A stretch of DNA of 64,000 nucleotides, taken from IMG/VR virus record IMGVR_UViG_3300036987_000420, positions 9,577 to 73,576 of that record; one strand, written 5' to 3'. This DNA is from a virus (Duplodnaviria; Caudoviricetes). Shown in pieces: positions 52,648 to 63,169 of the stretch (positions are counted from its first letter, which is position 1; each line of letters opens with the position of its first letter). The notes below the pieces were generated by a model. That model was not told where the DNA came from. It ran no database searches and saw only the letters and a list, made by a program, of their open reading frames with translations. The position numbers were made by a program, and so were the translations under genes.

Positions 52648-54682
52648 GTGCGTCCTGACGACAACGGCCAGCAGCTCGAATTGCCCTTCGGCGGCCGGCC
52701 AGGGTCACGCTGCGTCGGTTCAACGGGTGAGAGTCCCGTCCCGGTAGGCGCCGGAGCGCCGGGTAGCAAGCCCCAGGCGTCGGAGGAGACTCCGGCGGCC
52801 CGAGCGGGGCGTCGAAAGCCTCTTCGGAGGGAGCAAGCGCGCGGGCCGCAACATCAAGTGAACGCTGCAGCCTCGACAGATGAACAATGGGAGGGCCGAG
52901 CCGCTCATGTCACGGCGAAGGCGATCCCCGACGAGCCGATTCCGGAGCGCTCGCCGGGTCTCCCCGGGGTACGGGCGGCGGCACGTGCGCAAGGACCGAC
53001 GCGGAACAGGAGAGGCCCGTCTGCGCAGCCCGAGTCGGGGCAAGGCGCCTCGTATAAGCCGAGTGCGAAATCGAGCGCCGCGCAGCGGGAGTCCGAGGGG
53101 GTCGTAGTACTGCTGACCCCGGCGCAGCAGAACGCCGGGCGAGGGAAGGACCCCTACGGTGATCGTGCCGGAAGCGGGGCCACGTGCGAGGGCATGGCCG
53201 GGCAACAGAGCCGGTCCAACTCCCCCATCGGTCCATCGACCGACGAGAAAGCACGCCACCTCCAACGCCGGCTGTGGGCCGCGGCCAAGCGGTCCCCGGG
53301 GCGCCGCTTCCACGCCCTGTACGACCGCATCCACAGGGATGACGTCCTGTGGATGGCGTGGGAGCGGGTCAAGGCGAATCGTGGTGCGGCCGGCGTCGAT
53401 CGCGAGACGGTGGCCGACATCGAGCAGCTTGGGGTGGGGGGCATCCTTCGGGAGCTCCAGACCGAGCTGCAGGCGGGAACGTACCGACCGCTGGCGGTCC
53501 GGCGGCAGTACATCCCGAAGGCCAGCGGCAAGCTGCGGCCGCTGGGCATCCCGGCGGTGCGCGACCGGATCGTACAGGCGGCGACGAAGATCGTGCTGGA
53601 GCCGATCTTCGAGGCGGACTTCCTGCCGTGCTCGCACGGCTTCCGCCCACGCCGAAACGCGACGGGCGCGCTGGAGACCCTGCGGAAGCGGGCGTACCGC
53701 GATGATGCGGGGAACTTCTTGCTGGACGCGGACATCCGCGGGTACTTCGACAGCATCGACCACTCGAAGCTGCTGGAACTCGTGGGTCGGCGGGTCAGTG
53801 ACCGTCGGGTGCTCAAGTTGCTGCGGCAGTGGCTCCGGGCAGGGGTGATGGAGGAGGGCAGCGTGACCCGCAGCCTGGCGGGCACTCCGCAGGGCGGAGT
53901 GATCTCGCCGCTGCTGGCCAACATCTACCTGCACGTCCTCGACCAGCGGTGGACGGCCGAGCATGCCCAGTTGGGCACACTCGTGCGGTACGCCGACGAC
54001 TTCGTCGTCATGTGCGACACGGCGGAGGCCTGCGAGGAGGCCGAGCGGGTCATCCGGGGCGTCCTGGAAGACGAGCTCGGGCTGGAGCTGCACCCGGAGA
54101 AGACGAGGCGGGTCGAGCTGACCGGAGGCACGGAAGGCTTCGACTTCCTCGGCTGCCACCTGCACAAGCGGATGAGCGGACCACTCTGGGCGAAATACCG
54201 GCGGCGCCGGTACTACCTCCAGCGATGGCCCTCGACGACCGCGATGAAGCGGGTACGCACACGCGTGAAGGAGCTGACCGACAAGCGCTGGAACGGGATC
54301 ACGGACCTGCGCCAGATCATCGCGCGGGTCAATCCTGTCCTGCGAGGTTGGGGCAACTACTTCCGGACCGGGAACGCCGCCAAGAAGTTCAACCAGCTCG
54401 ACACCTACGTCTACCGCCGGTTCCACCGCTTCCTCGTTCGGCGGAAGGGACGGAACCTGAAGGCCGGCGAGGCTGACCGCTGGACGCGGGACTTCTTCTG
54501 GGGCCTCGGACTGCACCGTCTGCGAGGAACCGTCCGCTACCCGGAGGCTGCGTAATGCGACGACCCGAGAGATCACCCGTGAGCCGTGTGCGGGAAAACC
54601 GCACGCACGGTTCGAAAGGGGGCCGTACCGCCACGACAGCCGGCGAGGCATCGTCGGCGTCGGTCAGGTAAGGTCTACCAAT
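52648..54682 (+). mobile_element. Group II intron (5' end 52647 or 52648)
   Basis: GTGCG 5' end, RT ORF, domain V GAGCCGTGTGCGGGAAAACCGCACGCACGGTTC (54581-54613), DVI ending CTACCAAT. Confidence 0.93.
53194..54555 (+). CDS. ltrA: Group II intron reverse transcriptase/maturase (no endonuclease domain)
   Basis: GAAGVD, IPKASGKLRPLGIP, PQGGVISPLLANIYL, RYADD, FDFLG, domain X LRGWGNYF. Confidence 0.97.
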   Translation: MAGQQSRSNSPIGPSTDEKARHLQRRLWAAAKRSPGRRFHALYDRIHRDDVLWMAWERVKANRGAAGVDRETVADIEQLGVGGILRELQTELQAGTYRPLAVRRQYIPKASGKLRPLGIPAVRDRIVQAATKIVLEPIFEADFLPCSHGFRPRRNATGALETLRKRAYRDDAGNFLLDADIRGYFDSIDHSKLLELVGRRVSDRRVLKLLRQWLRAGVMEEGSVTRSLAGTPQGGVISPLLANIYLHVLDQRWTAEHAQLGTLVRYADDFVVMCDTAEACEEAERVIRGVLEDELGLELHPEKTRRVELTGGTEGFDFLGCHLHKRMSGPLWAKYRRRRYYLQRWPSTTAMKRVRTRVKELTDKRWNGITDLRQIIARVNPVLRGWGNYFRTGNAAKKFNQLDTYVYRRFHRFLVRRKGRNLKAGEADRWTRDFFWGLGLHRLRGTVRYPEAA

Positions 54683-55286
54683 GGGGCGACGGACCACAGA
54701 GCAGGTAGCCCGGGTCATTCGCGCGCACGGCGGCACGCTACGCACGTCCGAGGCCGAGCGGCTGGGCGTTCGCCGGCAGGCCCTCTACCGGCTGCGGGAC
54801 CTCGGGCTCGTCGTGCCGGTGAGCCGGGGCGTCTACCGCCTCGCCGACCTGCCAGACCTGTCGGAGCCCGACCTCGTGGCCGTGGCCACACGCATCCCGC
54901 GGGCCGTCGTCTGCCTCGTGTCGGCCCTGGCCCTCCACGAGATCACGAACGAGATCCCGCACGAGGTCCACGTCGCGCTGCCGCGGGACGTGAAGACGCC
55001 CCGGCTCGACTACCCGCCCCTGCGTGTCTTCCACTTCTCCGGCGCCGCGCTGACCGAGGGCGTCGAGACGCGAGAGATCGACGGCGTGGCGGTGCGCGTC
55101 TACGGCCCGGAGAAGTCCGTGGCCGACGCCTTCCGCTTCCGGAACCAGCTCGGGCTCGACCTCGCGATCGAGGCGCTGAAGCTGTGCCTGGAGCGGAAGC
55201 GGGCGTCCCGGGCGACGCTTCTGCACTTCGCCCGCATCTGCCGCGTGAACAAGGTGATGTTGCCGTACCTGGAGGCGCTGCAGTGA
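54681..55286 (+). CDS. abiEi: Type IV TA antitoxin AbiEi
   Basis: N-terminal wHTH (VSRGVYRL), VCLVSALALHEIT, PEKSVADAF. Confidence 0.9.
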   Translation: MGRRTTEQVARVIRAHGGTLRTSEAERLGVRRQALYRLRDLGLVVPVSRGVYRLADLPDLSEPDLVAVATRIPRAVVCLVSALALHEITNEIPHEVHVALPRDVKTPRLDYPPLRVFHFSGAALTEGVETREIDGVAVRVYGPEKSVADAFRFRNQLGLDLAIEALKLCLERKRASRATLLHFARICRVNKVMLPYLEALQ

Positions 55287-56197
55287 AGCCCCCGCCCAAG
55301 GATATGGCCGCGTCGGTCCGCGCGCGGCTGAAGGCGCGGGCCGTGCGGGACGGCCGGCCGTTCAACGAGGTGCTGCAGTACTACGCCATCGAGCGCTTCC
55401 TCTACCGCGTCTCCCGGACGCCGCATGCCGAGCGCGTCGTCCTCAAAGGCGCGCTCATGCTCCAGGTCTGGGGCGGCCCGCTGGTGCGTTCGACCCGCGA
55501 CATCGACCTCCTCGACCGAACCCCCGGCAGCGTGGACGAGCTCGTCGCGATGGTCCGCGAGTGCCTGGCCGTCCCGGTCGAGGACGACGGGATGGTGTTC
55601 GACCCCGCCCTGGTCGAGGGCCAGCGGATCCGCCTGCACGCACACTACGAAGGCGTTCAGGTTCTCTGCCGCGGGCGACTCGGCGTGGCACAGGTCACCG
55701 TGCAGGTGGACGTCGGCTTCGGAGACGTGGTGACGCCGCAGCCCATGCGCCTGAGCTACGGCTCGCTGCTCGACCTCCCGGAGCCGGAGCTGCTCGGCAC
55801 CACGCCGGAGACGATGATCGCCGAGAAGTTCGAGGCCATGGTCGTGCTCGACTTCCCGAACTCCCGGATGAAGGACTTCTACGACCTGTGGTTCCTCGGC
55901 CGGGAGCGCGGCTTCGACGGCGAGGTGCTCGCCAAGGCCATCGAGCAGACGTTCAAGCGACGCAGGACACCGCTCCCGACCGGGACGCCGATCGCGCTGA
56001 CCGCGGCGTTCGCGAACGACCCGACGAAGCAGACGCAGTGGCGGGCGTTCGTGCGCAAGGTCCGGCTGCCCGAGCCGGTGCCGACGTTCGAGCAGGCGGT
56101 CGAGGCTGTCGCCGCGCTCGTGCTGCCGCCGGTCGAAGCCCTCGTAGCCGGGCAGGCGTTCGAGCGGACCTGGGAGCCGGGCGGGCCGTGGCGGTAG
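55283..56197 (+). CDS. abiEii: Type IV TA toxin AbiEii nucleotidyltransferase
   Basis: VLKGALML, RSTRDIDL, QVDVGFGD, IAEKFEA, RMKDFYD. Confidence 0.93.
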   Translation: MKPPPKDMAASVRARLKARAVRDGRPFNEVLQYYAIERFLYRVSRTPHAERVVLKGALMLQVWGGPLVRSTRDIDLLDRTPGSVDELVAMVRECLAVPVEDDGMVFDPALVEGQRIRLHAHYEGVQVLCRGRLGVAQVTVQVDVGFGDVVTPQPMRLSYGSLLDLPEPELLGTTPETMIAEKFEAMVVLDFPNSRMKDFYDLWFLGRERGFDGEVLAKAIEQTFKRRRTPLPTGTPIALTAAFANDPTKQTQWRAFVRKVRLPEPVPTFEQAVEAVAALVLPPVEALVAGQAFERTWEPGGPWR

Positions 56198-56236
56198 CGG
56201 GAGGGCGGGCGCCGCCTGCGCGGCTCACCGAGAGGG

Positions 56237-56620
56237 TCACCGCGTCCGTCCCCTCGGCCGCTGGAAGTGCTGCACGACGCCGTTCACCAGGACGAGCTCG
56301 ATCGCCAGCTCGGTGACCTCGCCGACCCGCTGCCCGTGCCGCAGGAAGCAGACGAGGCCCCAGTCCGGCCCGCAGGGGAAGCGGATGCGGCCGCGGTTCT
56401 GCAGCAGGTCGTCGTCCGTCCAGCCGCAGGCGTTGGCTCGCTCCCGGATGCGCGCGACCTCAGCCAGGGCGTCGTCGTCGACGTCGACCGTGAAGCGGTA
56501 GTCGCCCGCGGGCGGGTGGAGGTGGCGGGCTCGTGCCTCGGGCGCGACAGCCGGAGGAGAAGGATCGACGGCGTGCGCAGCCCGGTCCTCCCTCGCCTCT
56601 GCACGAACGCCGGCGTCCAT
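56237..56620 (-). CDS. Hypothetical protein (primase-module tail)
   Basis: LQNRGRIRFPCGPDWGLVCFL segment; start uncertain. Confidence 0.45.
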   Translation of the reverse strand: MDAGVRAEAREDRAAHAVDPSPPAVAPEARARHLHPPAGDYRFTVDVDDDALAEVARIRERANACGWTDDDLLQNRGRIRFPCGPDWGLVCFLRHGQRVGEVTELAIELVLVNGVVQHFQRPRGRTR

Positions 56621-56689
56621 CCGTTGGTCCGGGGCGCCGTCGGGCGGACGTCGCGTTGCCGGCCCCTCGGTCGGGCGGACTCCAGCTCA

Positions 56690-57950
56690 CGACGTAGCCG
56701 AGCGTGGCCTGCGCCCGGTCGGCGTCGGCCCCCTCGGCAGCGAGGTCGGCCCACTGCGGCTCGATCGGGTCGCGGTACGCCCACGGCAGGTCGAGCGCCG
56801 CGTGGGCCAGGGCGGCGGTCACGTCGAACGCGGCCATGTACCCGGCGAGGCGTCCGATCACGGGATGGTCGGCGGCGCGTTCCACGTACTGCTGCTGGAC
56901 GCTGTGGTACTCCGCTCGCCACGCTGGCCATTAGTGCCGATGCGCCATGATGAACTGGATGAATCGCGGTCCGGCGTGGCCGTAGTTCTGCCGGACGGCG
57001 AGATCGAGACGCCCGACGAGCGCGGCCGTCTTGTCGTCGGCTCGCCCGAACGGCGGGCCCCAGAGCGTGAGCACCCGCCCTCGCGTGCCGCCGTCCTCGC
57101 TGAAGTTCACCGCCGGCTGCTCGCCCGTGGACAGCAGGACCGTCCGCCAGTTGCCTGAGCGGCGCGTTCCCTTGATGCTTCCGCGCCCGCGGCCGCGGCC
57201 GGATGCGACGTCGTACAGGGTCTGGGCAACGAGCTGCGGCTTCCGCGCCCGCTTGGTGTCGTCGAGCAGGAGCGGCAGCCCGCTCAACACACCGCTCGCC
57301 CGCTCGATCCAGACGCGGGTCACGTCCCAGGACCACAGCACGGTCGCGGCGAGGCGCTCGTCCGGGCAGCCCCAGCAGGACGCGCCGGTCCGCAGCGAGA
57401 TGGTCTTGCCGTGCGACGTCGCGAACGCCAGATCGAGTGAGCAGCGGGGGCGCGAGGGCGGCGTAGAAGGCGAGGAGCGCGCGCGGGCAGGGAGCGATCT
57501 CGGCCACCGCCTCCCGCCACGCTTCGAAGGTGCCGCTGGCGACGAAGCCGTCGGCCAGCTGCTCGTCGCCCGCGTCGGCGCCGTGGAACGTGATGCCGAC
57601 GGTGGTGCTCTTGCCGGCTCGCAGGTGCGTGCGGCCCCACAGGAAGCCAAGCGTGCCGTCGGGTCCCTGCCAGCCCAGCCGTTCCGACACGCTCGTGCGC
57701 GGCAGCACGCCGAGGTCGAGGTTCAGTGCCTCGAACTCGGCCAGGTACTCGACGAGCTCCTTGTTCGTGCTGGTCGTGACGGCGAGCCCCGCGTCGGCCA
57801 CCGAGACGAGCGCGCGCGAGTCGGCGATCGTCCCGCGGGGCAGGACGTGCTCCGTCCAGCGCCCGTCCCGCCGCCAGGCGAGCCGCACCCACTCGGAGCC
57901 GTCGTTGACGTCGACCAGGCGTCCCGCGACCACGGCGACCGCCGGTGCCG
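56690..57950 (-). pseudogene. DUF927-family primase/helicase, frameshifted
   Basis: LGWQG, GTFEAWR, frameshift, GKT, LLLDD, YDVASGRGRGR, WRTVLLSTGE, NYGHAG; internal stop. Confidence 0.8.
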
Positions 57951-58210
57951 CCACCCCGGTGGCCCCGCCGCCGCAGATCGGGTCGCAGACGACCTGGCCC
58001 TGGCGGGTGCAGCGCCGGACCAGGTCCAGCATCCCGTTCTCGACGGGACCCCAGCCCGGGAAGCGCGTCTCGTGCTCGCTCGGCTCGGGCTTGGCGACGT
58101 CGCCCAGCCACGGGCCGGCGTACTTGCCCTTCGTGAACCACAGCGCCGGTTTCCAGAAGGAGGTGACCTCCCGCTGGCCGAGCTGCACGGTCTCGCCGTC
58201 GGGCGTCGGG
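57950..58210 (-). pseudogene. DNA methyltransferase C-terminal fragment
   Basis: GQVVCDPICGGGATGVAA SAM-binding motif. Confidence 0.6.
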
Positions 58211-58381
58211 TAGGCGAGCGGAGAGCGGGACGACGACGCCGAGGAGGCAGCGTGAACGACGACACCCAGGAGCCCACGAAGCTCGTCACCGGCTGCTACC
58301 ACCGCGTGCGCGGGAAGGCCGTCGCCTTCCGGGAGGGCCCGCCGCCGAAGAAGCGCCGGCCCGTGCGCATGACCGGCGAAG

Positions 58382-58610
58382 GTGGCCTTGCTGCTGGCGC
58401 TCGCGCACCGGCTGCAGGAGGCGATCGATGACGGCATCGTGGAGCACGCGGCCGAGGCGGCGCGGCTGCTCGGCGTGTCGAGAGCGCGGGTGACGCAGCT
58501 CCTGGACCTCACGCTGCTGCCCGTCGCGGTGCAGGAGCGGGTGCTGTTCGCGAAGGCCGTGGACGGGAAGGAGCCGGTGACGGAGCGGGGGATGCGGCGG
58601 CGAGGCGCTG
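58382..58610 (+). pseudogene. Recombinase-associated HTH protein remnant (copy 2)
   Basis: LALAHRLQEAIDDG...AARLLGVSRARVTQLLDLTLLPVAVQE. Confidence 0.65.
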
Positions 58611-58653
58611 TCACCGCGCTATCCACCCGCACCCGCGTCGAGCCCCCCGCTCT

Positions 58654-59808
58654 CTACTCGACCAGCTTGCCCGCGTATCGCAGGGCCGCGAGCAGTCGAG
58701 GATCGGCGCGCGGGTCGGGGGGATCGCCCGGGCCGTTCGGGTAGCCGCCCTCGATGCGGAAGCCGAGGCGGTCGATCGACTCGACGACGACCACGGGATG
58801 GGGGAACGCCTCGGACGACACCATGGTCCAGAACGCACCAAGGTAGAGCCGCTCGTCCCCGGAGACGACCACGAACGGCAGCCCCTGGGTGCCGACCGGC
58901 GGCAGGGTGGCGCGGATGCCCTCGCCGCTCCGCCACGTCGGGAGCGCAACGCCGTGGGTCGCGAGTTCGTAGGACTCGACCCCGCTCAGGTCAACCACCG
59001 GCGCTGCGGCGAGCTCCAGGTCGGCCAGAGGCAGCGCGGCGGCGGCGACCGCCGTGGCCTCCGGATCCACCAGCAGATAGAGCGCGAAGCCCGCCTCGCC
59101 GCCGCTCCGCGGCACGAGTAGCCCGACATCGGCGGCGCTCAGGCGCAGCCGCTGGAAGGCGGCGCCGGCGACCGGGGCCGCTCGCTCGCCGGTCAGGCAC
59201 AGCGACACCAGGCGCCGCATCGGAGCCGCCCCGTCGTCTCGGACCGACAGCGTCCCCGCGAGGGTGCCGTCGAAGTCCCGCCAGCCGGCGTCCCCCTCGG
59301 CGGCCGGCGCCCCGCTCCGGACGAGCACCGGGATGCCGTCCGGCAGGCGGGCGAGATCGAGTTCGCCGACGAAGCTGTCGAGGCCGGGGACCATGAGGAG
59401 CACCGAGACGTCGATGCCGTCCGCGGACGCCGCGTGGAAGCGGGTGGCGAACCCCGTGCAGCAGTCCATCAGGTACTCGGCCGTCGTGACGGAGACCGGC
59501 GCGAAGCGCGCGTCGTCCAGCTCCACGCGGCTCTCGCTGCCACAGAATGCGGAGTCGGGCGGCGGCACGGCGTCCAGAGCGACGTCCAACGCCGCGTCTG
59601 GAGCCACGACGTCCGGCACCGCATCGGGCGCCACGGCGTCCGGCGCCAGGGGCCCGACGTCGGCCGCGGCCGCCGCGTCGACACCGCCGGCCGTGTCGCC
59701 CCGCGCCGGCGTCGGGAGCGGGTTGATGCTGCACGCCGCCGTGAGCAGAAGCAGGACGAACGCGGCCATGCGCCACAGGAGCAACGGTTGAGTGAGACGG
59801 GCTCGCAT
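58654..59808 (-). CDS. Lipoprotein with D/A/P-rich linker
   Basis: LLLLTAAC lipobox; PDAV repeats. Confidence 0.8.
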   Translation of the reverse strand: MRARLTQPLLLWRMAAFVLLLLTAACSINPLPTPARGDTAGGVDAAAAADVGPLAPDAVAPDAVPDVVAPDAALDVALDAVPPPDSAFCGSESRVELDDARFAPVSVTTAEYLMDCCTGFATRFHAASADGIDVSVLLMVPGLDSFVGELDLARLPDGIPVLVRSGAPAAEGDAGWRDFDGTLAGTLSVRDDGAAPMRRLVSLCLTGERAAPVAGAAFQRLRLSAADVGLLVPRSGGEAGFALYLLVDPEATAVAAAALPLADLELAAAPVVDLSGVESYELATHGVALPTWRSGEGIRATLPPVGTQGLPFVVVSGDERLYLGAFWTMVSSEAFPHPVVVVESIDRLGFRIEGGYPNGPGDPPDPRADPRLLAALRYAGKLVE

Positions 59809-59893
59809 CGGTCGACCTCGAAGAAGGATGGGACCAGTATGACGCGCCGCGGAGGAGGGCTCAACAGGACGACGCGGGCGAGGCACGGCGCCG

Positions 59894-59986
59894 GTCACGC
59901 CGATCCTGGACCTGGCGCTGCTGCCGGTCGCCGTGCAGGAGGACGTGCTGTTCGCGATCGCCGTGGTGGCGGAGCGGGGGATGAGG
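59894..59986 (+). pseudogene. Recombinase-associated HTH protein remnant (copy 3)
   Basis: VTPILDLALLPVAVQEDVLFA, nucleotide-similar to 58490-58597. Confidence 0.65.
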
Positions 59987-60185
59987 GGGGCGGGGCGGGG
60001 CGCGTTCGTTACCCGAACGTGACGCGCGGGACGTGAGTCCAGCGAGTGATGAGCGACGAATCGGCTGGCCCGACGGCGACCGCCTCGACCCGCGGCCCCG
60101 CCTCGGCTGGGTGGACCTTGCATCATCGTCGTGCCACGATAGAGGCACGGTGCGTGCGCCGGGACTGCACGACAAGAGTCGAACG

Positions 60186-61211
60186 ATGGCCAGATACCTT
60201 GATCGGGCGAGGGCGAAGAGCGTGGCCGTCCTGGCCGCGGTGCTGTCCGTCGCGGTGCTTCACTCCGCGTGCGCCGGAGAGCGGGACGGGGACGCCGCCG
60301 ACGCAGGGGATACGGCGCCGTCGGCGGACGTCGCCGCCGATGCTGCCGTGCCACCGGACGTGGCGGCGAGCGTCGACGCCTCACCGCCGCGTGACACGGC
60401 CGGGCCAGTAGACGTGCCCGAGACGTCGGACGCGACCGAGACGCCGGACGCGCCGACTCCGCCGGACGCGCCGGCCGACATCTGCGTCGCGGACTGCGCA
60501 GGGCTGCAATGCGGCTCCGACGGCTGCGGCGACGAATGCGGGACCTGCCCGGATGGCACGTCCTGCACGCCCGTGGGCACGTGCGAGCCGGACGTGGTTG
60601 GTCCGATCGTCCAGCGGTGCGACGCCCAGAACGCCTTCCTGGGCGTCCCCCTCGGCATCCATTGCATGGGCGAGGACGCGGCCGGGGCGTGGATCGAGGT
60701 CTTCGAGCTGGTGAGCGCGGACCTGGACGGGGTCTTCGTCGAGGGCAACGCCATCCTCACGGACCGGCCGCTCGACACCCCCGACCTCGGCCCTCACCAC
60801 TTCGAGATCGTGGGCCGGGACGCCGACGGCGCGGCGACGCCGGTCTTCGCCGTCGACGTGCTGGTCGAACGCTTCGAGGTGATGGCGAACATCCGGCACG
60901 GCGCGGCCGCGTCCCAGAGCAACTTCCCGAACGCCCTGTACGAACTGCTCGGGGCGGAGTGCGCCTTCGTGCAGTACACGCCGCTCGCCGACCTCGGCCT
61001 GGGCCAGGGCGACCGCGCCGAAGTGGCGGTCGACGCGACGAACGAGGCGGTGGCCGTGGATTGCATGACGGCCCTGCTGCGTTCGCTGCCCATGCACCGG
61101 CCGGACGTGTGGGCCTACGCCCGCCACTACGGCGCGGACTCCGTCACGTCCTGGCTCGACGGCGTGACCGGCTACCTGTTCTGGATCCGCGACTACCACG
61201 GCGGGCGATGA
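60186..61211 (+). CDS. Lipoprotein with Cys-rich myxobacterial-type repeat
   Basis: LHSAC lipobox; CVADCAGLQCGSDGCGDECGTC. Confidence 0.8.
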   Translation: MARYLDRARAKSVAVLAAVLSVAVLHSACAGERDGDAADAGDTAPSADVAADAAVPPDVAASVDASPPRDTAGPVDVPETSDATETPDAPTPPDAPADICVADCAGLQCGSDGCGDECGTCPDGTSCTPVGTCEPDVVGPIVQRCDAQNAFLGVPLGIHCMGEDAAGAWIEVFELVSADLDGVFVEGNAILTDRPLDTPDLGPHHFEIVGRDADGAATPVFAVDVLVERFEVMANIRHGAAASQSNFPNALYELLGAECAFVQYTPLADLGLGQGDRAEVAVDATNEAVAVDCMTALLRSLPMHRPDVWAYARHYGADSVTSWLDGVTGYLFWIRDYHGGR

Positions 61212-61217
61212 ACGCCT

Positions 61218-61673
61218 GTGCGTCCCGGACACGTCGCGGAGGAAGACAGCTCGGCGCGGCGGCGCTACATCACGACCGCGGCGCGGCACCGCCTGCACCA
61301 GGCCGCGTTCCGAGAGAAGGTCCTGCAGGCCTATCAGCAGCAGTGCGCCCTGTGCCGGCTGCGGCACGCCGAACTCCTGGATGCGGCACACATCGTCGCC
61401 GACGCGGAAGACGCCGGAGAGCCGGTCGTCGAGAACGGGCTGGCGCTCTGCAAGCTCCACCACGCGGCGTTCGATCGGCACTTCCTGGCGGTCCGCCCGG
61501 ACTACCGCGTCGAGCTCCGTCGGGACGTGATGGAGGAGGACGACGGGCCGATGCTGCGCCACGGACTTCAGGGCATGCACGGCGGGCTGATCCTCCTGCC
61601 GCGGTCGAGGAGTCTCTGGCCCGACCCCGAGCGACTGAAGGCGCGGTACGAGGAGTTCAGGCGGGCGTCGTAG
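61218..61673 (+). pseudogene. HNH endonuclease C-terminal half (type IV restriction-like)
   Basis: QAAFREKVLQAY..CALC...AAHI...NGLALCKLHHAAFD; N-terminal domain absent. Confidence 0.75.
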
Positions 61674-61749
61674 GCAGTGCGGCCGGTCCGAGAGCGGCAA
61701 CGATCGGCGGCGGTGCCCCCGAGGGCACGGACGAGGCAGGGCGCATACG

Positions 61750-62046
61750 AACCCGCCGAAGCTCCTCCTCACCGGCCCGCCCGGCTGCGGCAAGACGACG
61801 CTGGTCCGCCGCGTCGTCGAGGCCGTCCCGGACCTCCGCCCCGCCGGCCTCTACACCGCCGAGATCCGGGAGCACGGCGAGCGGCGTGGTTTCCGCGCTG
61901 TCGGGCTCGACGGGAGCGAAGCCCTCCTCGCGCACGTCGACGTCCCCGGGCGCCACCGCCTCGGGCGCTACTGCGTGGACGTGGCTGGCTTCGAGCAGTC
62001 CCTCGGCCGCCTCGACCTTGGCGACGCCGGCCTGGTCGTGATCGAT
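61750..62046 (+). pseudogene. NTPase (THEP1/NTPase_1) interrupted at Walker B
   Basis: LTGPPGCGKTTL...EIRE.G.R.GF...GRYCVD...LVVID then RIT end. Confidence 0.8.
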
Positions 62047-62149
62047 TCATGTGGAGCCCCGCGTCATGTGGAGTGCTCGCGCGATTCCTCGCCGCCGCGC
62101 GGCGGAGCACGGGCGTCGCTCCACATAACGCGGCACGCTGCCCAGGCGC

Positions 62150-63169
62150 TCAGAGCGCCTCGAGCCACTCGAGGATGCTCGCGTCGGTGCGCCACGAGGG
62201 GGCGGCCGGAACCGCAGGCCCGAGGTGGCCGGCCTTCTCGAGCGCCGCGCGCTTCGTGTCGAGGTCGATGGCGGCATAGCGGTTGGTCGTCTCGACGCTC
62301 GCGTGCCCGAGCCAGTGGCTGATGGTCACGAGGTCGACGCCGGCCTGGAGCAGATGTACGGCGGTCGTATGGCGCAGGATGTGGGGGTGGACGTGCTTCG
62401 TGGTGAGCGTCTTCTCGCGCTGCGCTGCGCGGCCGGCGTACTTGCGAAGCAGATACCCGATGCCGAAGCGGGTCAGCGGCTTGCCGACGTGGTTGCGGAA
62501 GAGCGGGGCGGCGGAAGCCGGGTCCGTGCCGTGTTCGTGAAGCAGTGCGCGGAGGGCGTTTCCGGTCTGCGACCACAGCGGGCAGAACCTCTCCTTCCGT
62601 CCCTTCCCAACGAGGCGGAGCTGTAGCGGTCTCACGAGCTGGAGATCTGCCGGGCGGAGGTCGAGGATCTCCTGCACCCGCGCGCCGGTGTTGAACATCG
62701 TCAGGATCAGTGCGTGGTCACGCCGGCCATCAGGAGTCCCACGATCGGGCGCCTCGAGGATGGCCTGCATCTCGGCGGTCTCCAGGTACTCGACGACCCG
62801 CAGGGAGGCGCGCTTGAATGGCACCGCGAGGAGCTGTTGGCACCGTTCGAGCTGCTCGGGATGGCTGGAGGCAGCGTAGCGAGCGAAGGCGTGCACGGCG
62901 GCGAGCCGCGCGTTCCGCGTCGTCGCGCAGTTTCGTCGATCGGCCTCGAGGTGCTCGAGGAAGGCGACGACGTGATCGGGCTCCAGATCGCCGAAGTCGA
63001 GGTCGATGACATCGCGCCCGTAGCGGGTTGCGAGGAAGCGGAGAAGTAGGGTGAACGCATCGCGATAGCTGAGCGAGGTGTGCGGGCTCACGCCGCGGAC
63101 TCGGGGGAGGTAGTCCGCAAAGAAGGCGCGGAGCGCACTGGCGAGTGCGTTCGGACGTTCGGTCTTCAT
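62150..63169 (-). CDS. Tyrosine recombinase (RitC-like)
   Basis: TGARVQE, GKGRKER, HILRHT, LGHASVETTNRY. Confidence 0.93.
   Translation of the reverse strand: MKTERPNALASALRAFFADYLPRVRGVSPHTSLSYRDAFTLLLRFLATRYGRDVIDLDFGDLEPDHVVAFLEHLEADRRNCATTRNARLAAVHAFARYAASSHPEQLERCQQLLAVPFKRASLRVVEYLETAEMQAILEAPDRGTPDGRRDHALILTMFNTGARVQEILDLRPADLQLVRPLQLRLVGKGRKERFCPLWSQTGNALRALLHEHGTDPASAAPLFRNHVGKPLTRFGIGYLLRKYAGRAAQREKTLTTKHVHPHILRHTTAVHLLQAGVDLVTISHWLGHASVETTNRYAAIDLDTKRAALEKAGHLGPAVPAAPSWRTDASILEWLEAL

Noticed and set aside
53194-54555. RT as a DGR or retron component
   Set aside because: Group II intron ends, domain V/VI and domain X are present. I saw no TR/VR repeat pair in the fibre genes and no msr/msd.
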